Shown: in pieces, positions 51,623 to 60,815 of the stretch
Numbering within the stretch: position 1 is the stretch's first letter
How the letters are laid out: each line of letters begins with the position of its first letter
Translations under genes and position numbers: made by a program
Notes under the pieces: generated by a model
Told to the model about the DNA's origin: nothing
Database searches by the model: none
What the model saw: the letters and a program-made list of their open reading frames with translations, nothing else
From: Escherichia phage Ptacy1496
Strand: one strand, 5' to 3'
Sequence record: PQ863253.1
Length of the DNA stretch: 64,000 nucleotides

Positions 51623-51937
51623 CTAAAAGAAACTTCTTTCACAATTTTTTCCACTGAACCACGCACTCACTGCTTTCTTAGTCTCAGGAGCAGTGTTATC
51701 CATAAACCATTCAAAGGCAGCCTTTTTATGATTCTGGAGGGCTTCTCGGGCTTTAATCTGCTCACGGTCTATTAACACTAACATATGAGCCTTTCTTGTC
51801 ACCAAGGGCTTCTTATGATTTTTTGAATATTCCCAATCATTTGTCCAGCGCATCGTTGTTGCGAACTGAAATACTGCTTCTTTAATTTTAGTTTCGTAAA
51901 TTTCACGAGCCTTTGAGTATAACATCATTACCTCCAT
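51623..51937 (-). CDS. hypothetical protein
   Basis: 104 aa ORF. Confidence 0.45.
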   Translation of the reverse strand: MEVMMLYSKAREIYETKIKEAVFQFATTMRWTNDWEYSKNHKKPLVTRKAHMLVLIDREQIKAREALQNHKKAAFEWFMDNTAPETKKAVSAWFSGKNCERSFF

Positions 51938-52027
51938 TTACCAGTTTAATTCTAGTCATCTTTTTGATGGCAGTCCATATAATCTATTTCTGAACTGCCT
52001 TTTTGTCTTAGAAGGCCTCTTATGAAT

Positions 52028-53014
52028 TTATTTCAGAAGAGTAACCTCAGCGATTTCTTGCCAACCGTTTTTGTCGGTCATAATAAAGTCAGCAAGATAA
52101 AGTGCAGTACGCAGTGAAACATTGCGTAAACGATTAACATTGACTTTCATCCATGATAATGCTTTATAAGTTTCTTCATCAGAAAGACCGCGCTTTTGCA
52201 TCATGTCGGTTGAAAGAATAACATCTTCAACCCTGACCATAATTTCTTCATTAGTGTGAACACCCAAATCTAAATAAACTGAGCGGGACACTAATGCTTG
52301 TAAATGTGGAGCAAGTTTAGTACCACGGTCTAATTCGCGGTCAATGTCAACGTTTGTGATAAAAACAATCGTTCCTTTAAATTCAAACTCACGCTCAATG
52401 CCTTTTTCTTCTAAGTAAGAAGATGCAGTGCTCCAGCAGACTTTACGGGTCTCTCCAGTGTCCAGAGCAGCTTTCAGAAGATTAAGAATGTCCATATCAG
52501 AGAAAACATCCACATCATCAATCAAAAGGACAGAATTCTCTTCACGATTATTCCAAAGTTGTTCATAAAGACCGATACCGGAGATTTTACCGTTAATGCT
52601 TTTATATTCAATGTATCCATTATCATTTGCTTTATTCAAAGCTTTATCTAAAGAATACGTTTTACCAATACCCGCCGCACCAGAGATAATTAATGAACGA
52701 ATGTTTCCGTTAATAATACCATTCGTCATCATTCCCATAACATTAAATCTTTTATTAATGCGGGTTTTCATATCTTCATATGATTCTTTAACTTCTTCAA
52801 CTTTTACACCATCATATGAAATGTCTGATTTGTAAACCCAAACACCACGACGCTTACCGTCAATTTCAACAAAAACTTTACCATCTCCTTGTGCATCTAC
52901 CGGAGCATTATCTGGGAACCATTCACCTAAGAGCTCAAAAGTTCCAGAGATTTCTTTACCGAAGTAGATACCCTTATTGATAGTTACAGTTTTCATTTTA
53001 TTCTCCAATCTCAC
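52028..53014 (-). CDS. P-loop ATPase (AAA-like) with N-terminal extra domain
   Basis: 328 aa; Walker A GAAGIGKT, Walker B LLIDDVD. Confidence 0.6.
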   Translation of the reverse strand: MRLENKMKTVTINKGIYFGKEISGTFELLGEWFPDNAPVDAQGDGKVFVEIDGKRRGVWVYKSDISYDGVKVEEVKESYEDMKTRINKRFNVMGMMTNGIINGNIRSLIISGAAGIGKTYSLDKALNKANDNGYIEYKSINGKISGIGLYEQLWNNREENSVLLIDDVDVFSDMDILNLLKAALDTGETRKVCWSTASSYLEEKGIEREFEFKGTIVFITNVDIDRELDRGTKLAPHLQALVSRSVYLDLGVHTNEEIMVRVEDVILSTDMMQKRGLSDEETYKALSWMKVNVNRLRNVSLRTALYLADFIMTDKNGWQEIAEVTLLK

Positions 53015-53065
53015 ATTTGTTTTGATAGGGTAATAGTATCACACTACTACCCTTCTGTAAACAAT

Positions 53066-53329
53066 TTATTTTAACGTTCGCCAAATTTTTACTGCTTCAC
53101 GGCGAGATACTTCTACAGCTCCAAGTTCTACAGCTTTTTGGCGTCGGCGAGCGTGTAAGTCATAATGTTTAATGCGTTTATCTTGAAACCAAGAACGTTT
53201 CATTCCTATTGCTTCTGCCATTTCATGAAGCTCTTCAATATCTCCATCAGTGAACATATGACAATTTTTAGTTGGATGACCGCGAAGTTTCCATCCATGA
53301 TTCATTAAAACATCTACGTAAACTGTCAT
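53066..53329 (-). CDS. DUF4031-like small protein
   Basis: 87 aa; YVD...ELHEMAEAIGMKRSWFQ...HYDL pattern resembles recalled DUF4031 consensus. Confidence 0.5.
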   Translation of the reverse strand: MTVYVDVLMNHGWKLRGHPTKNCHMFTDGDIEELHEMAEAIGMKRSWFQDKRIKHYDLHARRRQKAVELGAVEVSRREAVKIWRTLK

Positions 53330-53475
53330 TGATTCTTCTCCAAATAAGTTTCGATAATTTTCTGAGCGAGATAAACTGCATTATCTTCAGTTGCATCTTC
53401 TAAGAAACTTTCAAAACACTCTGAAATTTCTTCTGTGTCAATCAACTTTTTTACTTCAATTGGTGTAATTTTCAT
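53326..53475 (-). CDS. small acidic protein
   Basis: ORF track 53326..53595; start moved to ATG downstream of early promoter; 49 aa. Confidence 0.35.
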   Translation of the reverse strand: MKITPIEVKKLIDTEEISECFESFLEDATEDNAVYLAQKIIETYLEKNQ

Positions 53476-53512
53476 TTTGTTTTTCCGTTTAAGTGTTTGT
53501 TTTGATAGTTGT

Positions 53513-53542
53513 ATAGTACCATAAAGCTTTATGCTTGTAAAC
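53513..53542 (-). promoter_or_regulatory. phage early promoter (TACTAT -10)
   Basis: plus strand ATAGTA-18nt-GTAAAC. Confidence 0.6.
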
Positions 53543-53571
53543 AATTTTGTGAAAAATTTTTGAAATAAAAA

Positions 53572-53589
53572 GGGAGCCCGAAGGCTCCC
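53572..53589 (-). terminator. intrinsic terminator GGGAGCC-uucg-GGCUCCC plus U-rich tail
   Basis: 7-bp GC stem immediately after nucleotidyltransferase gene stop. Confidence 0.75.
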
Positions 53590-53591
53590 TA

Positions 53592-54605
53592 TCATTTATA
53601 ATAACTTCGGTGGTTTTCAAGATAAACCCTCTCAAGGAAGTCATCCCAAAAACCCATGTCTACTTTTTGCTGCATACCGTTCTTAGAAGCTTCAGTAGAT
53701 GCTGCTTCTACTTGATCGACCACATCTTCCAAAAACTCTTGAACCGTTTTAAATGGATGTTTACCCAACTTCACGTCGAGAATAAATGGAGCATCTTGGA
53801 GTGGATAAACCAAGTCACCAGTTTTGTAAATTTCCAATAGTTGGAGTCCACCACGGCAAGCATGACTCAGAGCTTTCCAGTCAATACCTTCATTGGCTTC
53901 GGCCTTACGAGCACGTTCACCGTATTCAGCATCTAATTTGTTCAGTGACTGCTTAAGCTCAATAAGAGAAAGCGTTGTCTGATATTTACGACCCAACACT
54001 GTGTAGAACGTCTGTGGGCCTGTTTTCTCATGATTATGGAACACCCATTCACAGAATTCGTTTTCTGGAAGACGATGCTTAATATCTTCAACTTTAGTAC
54101 GACGCTGCTTAATAGAACCATCTTCTTGGTAATCAACCCATTGCTCAGGGATTTGATTAACTACTTTCAATACATCACGTAATGCAGCCAAACGAGAACC
54201 CTTAACGCCGTATTTAGAAGCTTGCTTACGGACATATCCTAAATAGGATTTCATGTTAGTCGTATAAAAACGAGAACGGTTGTCTTGAATAAACTTCCAC
54301 ACATCAGGCAAATCAGATTTAACCACTAACTCAGGTGGAGTGTGAAGCATATCTAACGCTACAGTTTCACCATCTGCTGCTAATTTAAAGAAATATTTAA
54401 GACTGTATAGTTCATGGTCAATATCATCTTTAGTGTTTTTAGATGATGTGTTGTTAGTGTTTTTACTCATGTGCTCTTTAACATTTCCAATAAGAATATC
54501 ACGAGCAGGAGGAACAAAGATTTCTTTAAAATCTACATCAGATTCTGGGGTAGAAGTTCCATAAAGATGACTACCAAAATAGCTTTTCATTACTGTTTTC
54601 ATCAT
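53592..54605 (-). CDS. Pol-beta-superfamily nucleotidyltransferase-like protein
   Basis: 337 aa; N-terminal GS-x9-SDVD motif (FGSHLYGTSTPESDVDF) plus downstream acidic residues. Confidence 0.55.
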   Translation of the reverse strand: MMKTVMKSYFGSHLYGTSTPESDVDFKEIFVPPARDILIGNVKEHMSKNTNNTSSKNTKDDIDHELYSLKYFFKLAADGETVALDMLHTPPELVVKSDLPDVWKFIQDNRSRFYTTNMKSYLGYVRKQASKYGVKGSRLAALRDVLKVVNQIPEQWVDYQEDGSIKQRRTKVEDIKHRLPENEFCEWVFHNHEKTGPQTFYTVLGRKYQTTLSLIELKQSLNKLDAEYGERARKAEANEGIDWKALSHACRGGLQLLEIYKTGDLVYPLQDAPFILDVKLGKHPFKTVQEFLEDVVDQVEAASTEASKNGMQQKVDMGFWDDFLERVYLENHRSYYK

Positions 54606-55063
54606 TCAGCCTTATATTCAATAACAGGACATACTTTAGCTTTACGCGCTTTTAAAAATTCGACGATAATAGATTTCTTGGGTTGAATAGGAGGTAAACC
54701 TTTATACGCCCTATCAATATTTTCTACATGTAAAGCATAATCCTTTTTCCATTTATAATCTTTATATTTTTCACGCAAATGTGCAGGAATAACAAATGAA
54801 CCGATAATAAGTAAAACAACCAAAAGTGCAAGTATAAATGCCGATGGAAGAAGAGTCCATAAACTACCAAAAATAAGCCATTTCTGTATGATTTCTGCAC
54901 AGATAATAGTTAGACCTGCGAGTATAGTACATCCGAAAAAAGAAACGAAAAATGTAGGGATAACAATAGACCAAAAGTATGCACACAGTGTCTTAGGTCG
55001 TTTCCATTCGTCGTTAAACAGTTTGAATAATTTATAGTGCCAAGAGTTTTCATTAATAATCAT
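54602..55063 (-). CDS. multi-pass membrane protein
   Basis: 153 aa with 3-4 hydrophobic segments; start overlaps NTase gene. Confidence 0.5.
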   Translation of the reverse strand: MIINENSWHYKLFKLFNDEWKRPKTLCAYFWSIVIPTFFVSFFGCTILAGLTIICAEIIQKWLIFGSLWTLLPSAFILALLVVLLIIGSFVIPAHLREKYKDYKWKKDYALHVENIDRAYKGLPPIQPKKSIIVEFLKARKAKVCPVIEYKAE

Positions 55064-55065
55064 AA

Positions 55066-55587
55066 TTATCCTTTCATTGAAGGTGTAACAGTTGTTAAAT
55101 ACTTAATCATAGCTTCAGCTTCTGATTTTGATAATGAAATTTCTTCATTGTTTTGACGAATAGAAATAAAATCCGGATGACGGTCACCACCAGCTTTTAA
55201 AACACACATATAAGTATCAGTTTCATCTTCAATATCTGAAATGATTGAAGCAGTTCCACATGAATGTGGTTTTTGATAAATCAATACAGCTTTTCTTCCA
55301 CCGTTTGACTGTTCATAAACTTTTAACACATCAAACAAATCGCTTCTTTTATCAATAGCTAAGATGTTGTTTTCATCTTCAATATTAAATCCTTCGGATA
55401 CTTCATAAAGTGTCACCCATAAATCACCAATATCAATAACAGCGTTCACTTTTCCATGACTTTCAAGAGCATTACAAATTTTCTTAATTTCATCATAACT
55501 CATTTTAATAATATCATCTCCTTGAATAAGGAAGATGTCATTTTTAAATTCAACACGAATTAAACCACTTCCACTTGAAATAAACAT
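55066..55587 (-). CDS. hypothetical protein, paralogue of next ORF
   Basis: 173 aa; C-terminal SIRQ...EAEAMIKYLTTVTPSM similar to 55594..56151. Confidence 0.45.
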   Translation of the reverse strand: MFISSGSGLIRVEFKNDIFLIQGDDIIKMSYDEIKKICNALESHGKVNAVIDIGDLWVTLYEVSEGFNIEDENNILAIDKRSDLFDVLKVYEQSNGGRKAVLIYQKPHSCGTASIISDIEDETDTYMCVLKAGGDRHPDFISIRQNNEEISLSKSEAEAMIKYLTTVTPSMKG

Positions 55588-55593
55588 ATTTCC

Positions 55594-56151
55594 TCACTTT
55601 GAAATCATAGTTGGAATGACAGAATCGAGATAAGTCTTTAGCGCAATAGCTTCGTCTTTGGTAAATGTGACAATATGTGATCGAAAATCGTCGATTTGGC
55701 GAATAGTTAAGACATCTCCCTCTTCATAACATTTTGATACGTTTAAAACAGTTTCATCATTCTGATTGCAAGCGTTAGTAATAATAGCATTGCAATTTTT
55801 GAGCCATTTTAAACTATGTTTTCTTTCATTAGAATAATAAAAATATTTAATCTTATCTATAAAACTATCCCAATGGATAACTGATAAACACATTGACTCA
55901 CTTTTAATATTAAATCCTGGGCATGAAGAATAAAAATGAATTTTGTGCTCATCATTGATGCTTACTATTTTATCAGTATAAGGATATTCAATTTGGGTTA
56001 AATGAATGATTTCACTAGGCGTAAAATATAGCATATCGTCTTCTTGTGTCAAACGATACATATTATTTACTTTTTCTATAGCTAATTCACCAAAAAGCGG
56101 ACTAACTTCTAATACTAATCGTTTCATATTGATTCTCTTCGACTCACTCAC
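55594..56151 (-). CDS. hypothetical protein, paralogue of previous ORF
   Basis: 185 aa; C-terminal TIRQ...DEAIALKTYLDSVIPTM. Confidence 0.45.
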   Translation of the reverse strand: MSESKRINMKRLVLEVSPLFGELAIEKVNNMYRLTQEDDMLYFTPSEIIHLTQIEYPYTDKIVSINDEHKIHFYSSCPGFNIKSESMCLSVIHWDSFIDKIKYFYYSNERKHSLKWLKNCNAIITNACNQNDETVLNVSKCYEEGDVLTIRQIDDFRSHIVTFTKDEAIALKTYLDSVIPTMISK

Positions 56152-56286
56152 AATTACATACTCCTTTGAATAATATCAATAATGTTGTTCACCAGATTAT
56201 AAGTAAACATTGGGTAATTATATTGAATCATTACATACACAACAAACAAAACTTTCATTCTCTTCTCCTTGACAGTTGACAAGATT

Positions 56287-56316
56287 ACTATACCATAACC
56301 TTGCCAACTTGTAAAC
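56287..56316 (-). promoter_or_regulatory. phage early promoter (TATAGT -10)
   Basis: plus strand ACTATA-18nt-GTAAAC upstream of 185-aa ORF. Confidence 0.5.
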
Positions 56317-56481
56317 CGTTAAATGTTGTTTTCAATAAAATTCTGAAGCTTTGTGTGAGCATCAACCATGATTTTCATTTCTTCTTTGGCGAAAGCTGTA
56401 CCTCTTTCCCGAGAAGAACACTCATAGTCAGAAACTGCATTAGCATATTCTTCAATTAGTTTCATTAAAAACATCTGCTTT

Positions 56482-56676
56482 TCAGTTTTCATTGTTCCAC
56501 CTAATCATTTCAAGATATTGAACTAACTTAGCTTTAGATTTATCCAAATCCTTTTTAGCTGCTTCTATACCATCGTATGAATATCCTTCACAATGCTCAA
56601 CTGCTAATTGATATGAATCTATTTCAATATCACGTGCTAATTTAATGATTTTTTCAAACTGTTCGCGTGTTAGCAT
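56482..56676 (-). CDS. hypothetical protein
   Basis: 64 aa ORF. Confidence 0.4.
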   Translation of the reverse strand: MLTREQFEKIIKLARDIEIDSYQLAVEHCEGYSYDGIEAAKKDLDKSKAKLVQYLEMIRWNNEN

Positions 56677-56678
56677 AC

Positions 56679-56882
56679 TTACACTCTCGTATTATGATCG
56701 ATAATTTCATCAAGAAACATATCTAACGCTTCTATAGCATTATCCACTTTAGTTTCAAAGTCTTTAATGCCTTTATTCGAAATACCCGATGAATACCAAG
56801 CAAAGTCAATCAGCTCTTCATCTGCTTTGCGAATTGAAGCCACTAATTCCTTAATTTTATCTGCTTGTTCAATGCTAGTCAT
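56679..56882 (-). CDS. hypothetical protein
   Basis: ORF track 56679..56918; start moved to internal ATG abutting upstream gene. Confidence 0.35.
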   Translation of the reverse strand: MTSIEQADKIKELVASIRKADEELIDFAWYSSGISNKGIKDFETKVDNAIEALDMFLDEIIDHNTRV

Positions 56883-57070
56883 TATTCCACCACATATGAA
56901 AGAGAGAATATTGCACACGCCATATGAGTTGCAGCTTCATCACACATATCATAACGTTTCTTAAGAAGTTCTACAAGTTCTTCACTAGTAACTTCATCCA
57001 TGTCGACGAAAAAATCACCATTAATGATGACGTAGATATTTCCTTCTTGATTAAGTGCTTCAATTTTCAT
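56882..57070 (-). CDS. hypothetical protein
   Basis: ORF track 56882..57115; start moved to MKIEALNQ with GAGGAG Shine-Dalgarno. Confidence 0.4.
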   Translation of the reverse strand: MKIEALNQEGNIYVIINGDFFVDMDEVTSEELVELLKKRYDMCDEAATHMACAIFSLSYVVE

Positions 57071-57098
57071 GATGTTCTCCTCTTTATCCGATAGTTGT

Positions 57099-57128
57099 AT
57101 AGTATCACAGCTCAAATGGAAAGTAAAC
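57099..57128 (-). promoter_or_regulatory. phage early promoter (TACTAT -10)
   Basis: plus strand ATAGTA-18nt-GTAAAC. Confidence 0.6.
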
Positions 57129-57144
57129 CGGTAAAATGAAAAAA

Positions 57145-57160
57145 GTCTCCCGAAGGAGAC
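57145..57160 (-). terminator. intrinsic terminator GUCUCC-uucg-GGAGAC plus U-run
   Basis: hairpin then TTTTTTCATTTT on minus strand after rI.-1-position ORF. Confidence 0.75.
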
Positions 57161-57165
57161 TAATG

Positions 57166-57552
57166 TTATTCGAGGGAAAGAAGATATTTACTCTGGTAAA
57201 ACATCCCAGTAATATCATCTATCGTGCTTTGAATGGCTGGAGGCATTTCTTTATAAATGCTGTTAGATTGGTCTAGTATGCGATCAATCATTTTAATTGT
57301 GTCGGTAGGAAGTTTACTGGCATCTGGAATAGAAGGCGTGTATTTTCTACCAGAATACCCCAAATATTGCTCACCAAATTTATCAATCAAATCTGGCAAC
57401 TCAGAGAAAATAAAATCGTATGCTTTGTGTCTAGCATAACTTTTAGTTTCAAAATGCGCAGAATGAAAATAAGCTTGTGCAGCCATTAATAAACCTAAGT
57501 ATTCATCTGCCTTTGAAGGTTTTCCACTTTGTGAAAAGTCGCTGAATTTCAT
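57166..57552 (-). CDS. hypothetical protein (rI.-1 position)
   Basis: 128 aa ORF immediately downstream of rI. Confidence 0.5.
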   Translation of the reverse strand: MKFSDFSQSGKPSKADEYLGLLMAAQAYFHSAHFETKSYARHKAYDFIFSELPDLIDKFGEQYLGYSGRKYTPSIPDASKLPTDTIKMIDRILDQSNSIYKEMPPAIQSTIDDITGMFYQSKYLLSLE

Positions 57553-57842
57553 TCAGTCTCCAATTTAATGTTCATAATTCTAGCGTATGATTGTGCCATC
57601 TCCGCGCCTCGCTCTATACATTCAAAATCGGAAGAGCACGGGTCATTTTTATAAGTCGTTCGCATAAAACTATAGAACTGTTCAGATGATTCTACGCTTT
57701 TGTTTTCAAAAAGCATATAAACGTGTCTAATACCAGATTCCATAAATTTATCAAAATGAGGATCGACATTCGCTTCAATTGGTGGAGATAAAGCAAACGC
57801 TAATCCTAGCATGGCAAATAGTGCCGTTGCTTTTAAGGCCAT
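57549..57842 (-). CDS. rI: lysis inhibition antiholin RI
   Basis: 97 aa; MALKATALFAMLGLAFALSP... matches recalled T4 RI signal-anchor sequence. Confidence 0.9.
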   Translation of the reverse strand: MALKATALFAMLGLAFALSPPIEANVDPHFDKFMESGIRHVYMLFENKSVESSEQFYSFMRTTYKNDPCSSDFECIERGAEMAQSYARIMNIKLETE

Positions 57843-57854
57843 AAAGGCCTCCTA

Positions 57855-58067
57855 TCATTTTTGTCCTGTATTTACTTTATGCCGATGCACGGCCTTAACT
57901 TTATCAAGGTATTTTTCAAAATTTCGCAATCTAGTATAGTCTGCCGGAGATTGGTTGAGTGATACTTCTCGACGCAAAGCTGAAATGATATTTCCAACTT
58001 CCCTACGAATTTCATCTAATTGAAGAACAGTAAGATTGCGAAGTTGCTTTTCAGTTAATTGTAGCAT
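57855..58067 (-). CDS. hypothetical protein (rI.1 position)
   Basis: 70 aa ORF. Confidence 0.45.
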
Positions 58068-58109
58068 ATATACCCCTTTAGTTAGATAAACCTATTTATA
58101 ACTTTTGCA

Positions 58110-58691
58110 CTAACCGAGCTTTTTAGTTAATTCATTCCAATGTTTTCTACACAAAGAAACATAAATTTCATCACCAATACAGATTTGATTACCTTCTTTA
58201 ACTGGTGTTCCATCTTCCATTAATCGAGCTGTCATAATAGCTTTTTTACCACAATGACAAACTGCCTTTAGTTCAATAAGTTTATCTGCAATCGCCAAAA
58301 GTTCTTTAGAACCTTCAAATAATTTTCCAGCGAAATCAGTCCTTAGCCCATAAGCCATAACAGGAACATTATATGTATCAACAATTCGACTTAATTGATG
58401 CACCTGTTCAGTTTTTAAAAACTGAGCTTCATCTACAAATACACAATGAATATCTTTTTGTGCTTCAGCCCATTTATAGAACTCAAAAATATCCATATCA
58501 TCCGTAATAATATTCGCTTCCTGCTTAATTCCAATGCGAGAAACGACTTCACAGACAGAATCGCGAGTATCAATAGCAGGCTTAAGAACTAATACACCCA
58601 TTCCGCGTTCTTTATAATTATGTGCAGCAGTCAAAAGAGAAGCAGATTTTCCAGCATTCATTGCTGCGTAAGTAAAAATTAAACTCGCCAT
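58110..58691 (-). CDS. tk: thymidine kinase
   Basis: 193 aa as in T4 Tk; P-loop AAMNAGKS. Confidence 0.95.
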   Translation of the reverse strand: MASLIFTYAAMNAGKSASLLTAAHNYKERGMGVLVLKPAIDTRDSVCEVVSRIGIKQEANIITDDMDIFEFYKWAEAQKDIHCVFVDEAQFLKTEQVHQLSRIVDTYNVPVMAYGLRTDFAGKLFEGSKELLAIADKLIELKAVCHCGKKAIMTARLMEDGTPVKEGNQICIGDEIYVSLCRKHWNELTKKLG

Positions 58692-58700
58692 ATCACCTTC

Positions 58701-58886
58701 TTAAAGCATATTCACATAAGCTATTAATTCGTTTTCTTTCTTATCAAACCGATCAGCAAATTCTTCTTGCTGTTCGGGAGATAGCGGGCCGTATTCATCA
58801 TAAAAGGTGTTTGCTTCTGTATGCTCATCTAGAAGTTCATGGATAAGCTCAAACAATTTATCTTTTTGTTCTTTACTCAGACTCAT
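58701..58886 (-). CDS. hypothetical acidic protein
   Basis: 61 aa ORF. Confidence 0.4.
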   Translation of the reverse strand: MSLSKEQKDKLFELIHELLDEHTEANTFYDEYGPLSPEQQEEFADRFDKKENELIAYVNML

Positions 58887-59052
58887 ATATTAATTTCCAG
58901 GAGTTTTAAAATAATTCGCTTTTGCTTAAATATTTCCATAGTTAAATGACCAGTATCTTTTTGACCGATTCCAATGGCAAAACCTTTATTGACAGCGAGT
59001 TCAATTAAATTATCAAGCTCACGTAACACTTCATACTGTAACTCAAAACTAT

Positions 59053-59265
59053 TCATTTCGGTTTACCTTCTTTAACGAAATCTGGATAAGGATAAAATCC
59101 CGAATAAAATCCTTCACCTTTATGATTGATGCATCCTTTATTAGAACAATAGCACCAATAATCGAAATCACAAGCCATTTCATCGTTGCATAAAGCAAAA
59201 ACAACTGGCCATTTACACTTTTCACAATGGGCATTTTTAAGAATACTAGTTTGGCTCATAACCAT
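59053..59265 (-). CDS. Cys-rich small protein (putative zinc binding)
   Basis: 70 aa with 9 Cys including CEKC and CYC pairs. Confidence 0.4.
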   Translation of the reverse strand: MVMSQTSILKNAHCEKCKWPVVFALCNDEMACDFDYWCYCSNKGCINHKGEGFYSGFYPYPDFVKEGKPK

Positions 59266-59465
59266 GTAACCTTTAAGCAGTATTCTTCTACATGCTGTTT
59301 ACGACCTTTCTTATCAATAAAGGTATATTCAACGAATGTTCCAATGTAGTCTTTATCTACATCATGCGGACTATTAATTGGACATTTAGTACGGCAAATG
59401 CGTTCCCATTGACGAATAATTACTGCCTTATTCTTTGGGTCATATGGATGTGGATAATGTATATT
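59256..59465 (-). CDS. hypothetical protein
   Basis: ORF track 59256..59483; start moved to MNIHYPHPYD. Confidence 0.35.
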   Translation of the reverse strand, partial: NIHYPHPYDPKNKAVIIRQWERICRTKCPINSPHDVDKDYIGTFVEYTFIDKKGRKQHVEEYCLKVTWL

Positions 59466-59932
59466 CATAATAACGGTTCCCAATCAACAATCACAATTTC
59501 TAATTTAGAGGAATATGTATCTAAAATCCCCTCAATAATATCCCAGTTCCCTTTACCTATGCCTGCACCAATCCTAGGCATATAGATTGTAGGTTTAATC
59601 AGTTTATTTTCACCAAACTCATTTAATTCTAACATACAATTCATTAAAGCGGAATACTCAAAATTTGGCCCTGGTTGAAATTGAGTATAAAGGTTGAAGC
59701 AATACGCTTTATGAGTCCTAAAGTATTTTTCATAGACTGAGTAAGAACCGAGTTTAGTTACATCACCCCATTCAGTCTGTAATTTATCAGCTTCCAAAAT
59801 TTTAGGGAAAGCTTTGGTTAATTGACCCGCTACGCCTGAACCCATAGTATGAAAACAATTGCATCCATGCGCAATATTTTTACCTTCAGCGAAAAGGGCG
59901 ACAATATCGCCCTTGATATATTTTACAATCAT
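59465..59932 (-). CDS. macro-domain protein (ADP-ribose binding/hydrolase-like)
   Basis: 155 aa; GDIVAL...NIAHGCNCFHTMGSGVAGQL and PRIGAGIGKG resemble macro domain glycine-rich loops. Confidence 0.5.
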   Translation of the reverse strand: MIVKYIKGDIVALFAEGKNIAHGCNCFHTMGSGVAGQLTKAFPKILEADKLQTEWGDVTKLGSYSVYEKYFRTHKAYCFNLYTQFQPGPNFEYSALMNCMLELNEFGENKLIKPTIYMPRIGAGIGKGNWDIIEGILDTYSSKLEIVIVDWEPLL

Positions 59933-60270
59933 CTAGTACTCAATCCTCGATTATAAGAATCTACCAAACGGTCAACCATTGAATGACAAGCGGCTTTATC
60001 TTTCTCCTCCGCAACTGAACATTCTAAGGTATTCCACTTTTTAGCATATCGTTTTAATAATGCATCGTTTTTGTATCTGCTTGATTTATCTCTTTCTCCG
60101 TCTTTATATGCATATATTAATTTCTGCGCAAATTCAGCTTGGCATGCTTTATTTTTCCCACAATAATCCGCGGCAGTACGGTTTACATACTCTCTAATTT
60201 CAGTATATGATGTATCTGCTAACGCAGAAAATGAAATTAATCCTATACATAAAACCAAAATTTTAGTCAT
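59929..60270 (-). CDS. secreted protein
   Basis: 113 aa; signal peptide MTKILVLCIGLISFSALA. Confidence 0.45.
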   Translation of the reverse strand: MTKILVLCIGLISFSALADTSYTEIREYVNRTAADYCGKNKACQAEFAQKLIYAYKDGERDKSSRYKNDALLKRYAKKWNTLECSVAEEKDKAACHSMVDRLVDSYNRGLSTR

Positions 60271-60808
60271 TTACTATTTCCAAAAGTTTATTATTTTTAA
60301 GGTAATTAGCCTTTTCTAGGACTTCAGAAGCATATTTAGAACCAGCTTTAACATTCCATCCCGAATTATAAGAGGATATTGCTTTTCTTATATCGCCCTT
60401 ATGTATATTTAACCAATAAGAAAGTTCAATGTACGCCCAGGAAGCTGAATTGGACCGTTTATTCAACATTCTTTTTATTTCAGCATCGGTCATATTATAA
60501 CCAAGTTCCTTGACTCTCGCTCGCATAGTAGGCAAATAATTTTGGAACATTCCATAGGCATGATGCTTTGGTTTAGATTTTAAATTAACTCCGCCAGAGC
60601 TTTCTTGCCATAAAATAGCAGCCATTATATAACCTAATCCGCTCTTGTGGATATTTTTGTGTGTTTTATATTTTCCATCCTTAGAAAATTGTTCCCCGAA
60701 TTGATACGCGTAACGCATGTTATCGAGTTGGACATTACTGAAAGTATGCTCGGAGCTATGTGCCATCATTGAAATGGCCAATAGACCAGCGAGTAGTGCT
60801 TTTCTCAT
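60263..60808 (-). CDS. secreted lytic transglycosylase-like protein (SLT domain)
   Basis: 181 aa; signal peptide; catalytic-region ES followed by GMFQ motif. Confidence 0.55.
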   Translation of the reverse strand: MRKALLAGLLAISMMAHSSEHTFSNVQLDNMRYAYQFGEQFSKDGKYKTHKNIHKSGLGYIMAAILWQESSGGVNLKSKPKHHAYGMFQNYLPTMRARVKELGYNMTDAEIKRMLNKRSNSASWAYIELSYWLNIHKGDIRKAISSYNSGWNVKAGSKYASEVLEKANYLKNNKLLEIVND

Positions 60809-60815
60809 GCTTACC

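Noticed and set aside
56269-56281. Tandem TTGACA TTGACA on the plus strand as a host sigma-70 promoter
   Set aside because: No acceptable -10 hexamer at 16-18 nt spacing on the plus strand; the same region is better explained as a minus-strand early promoter.
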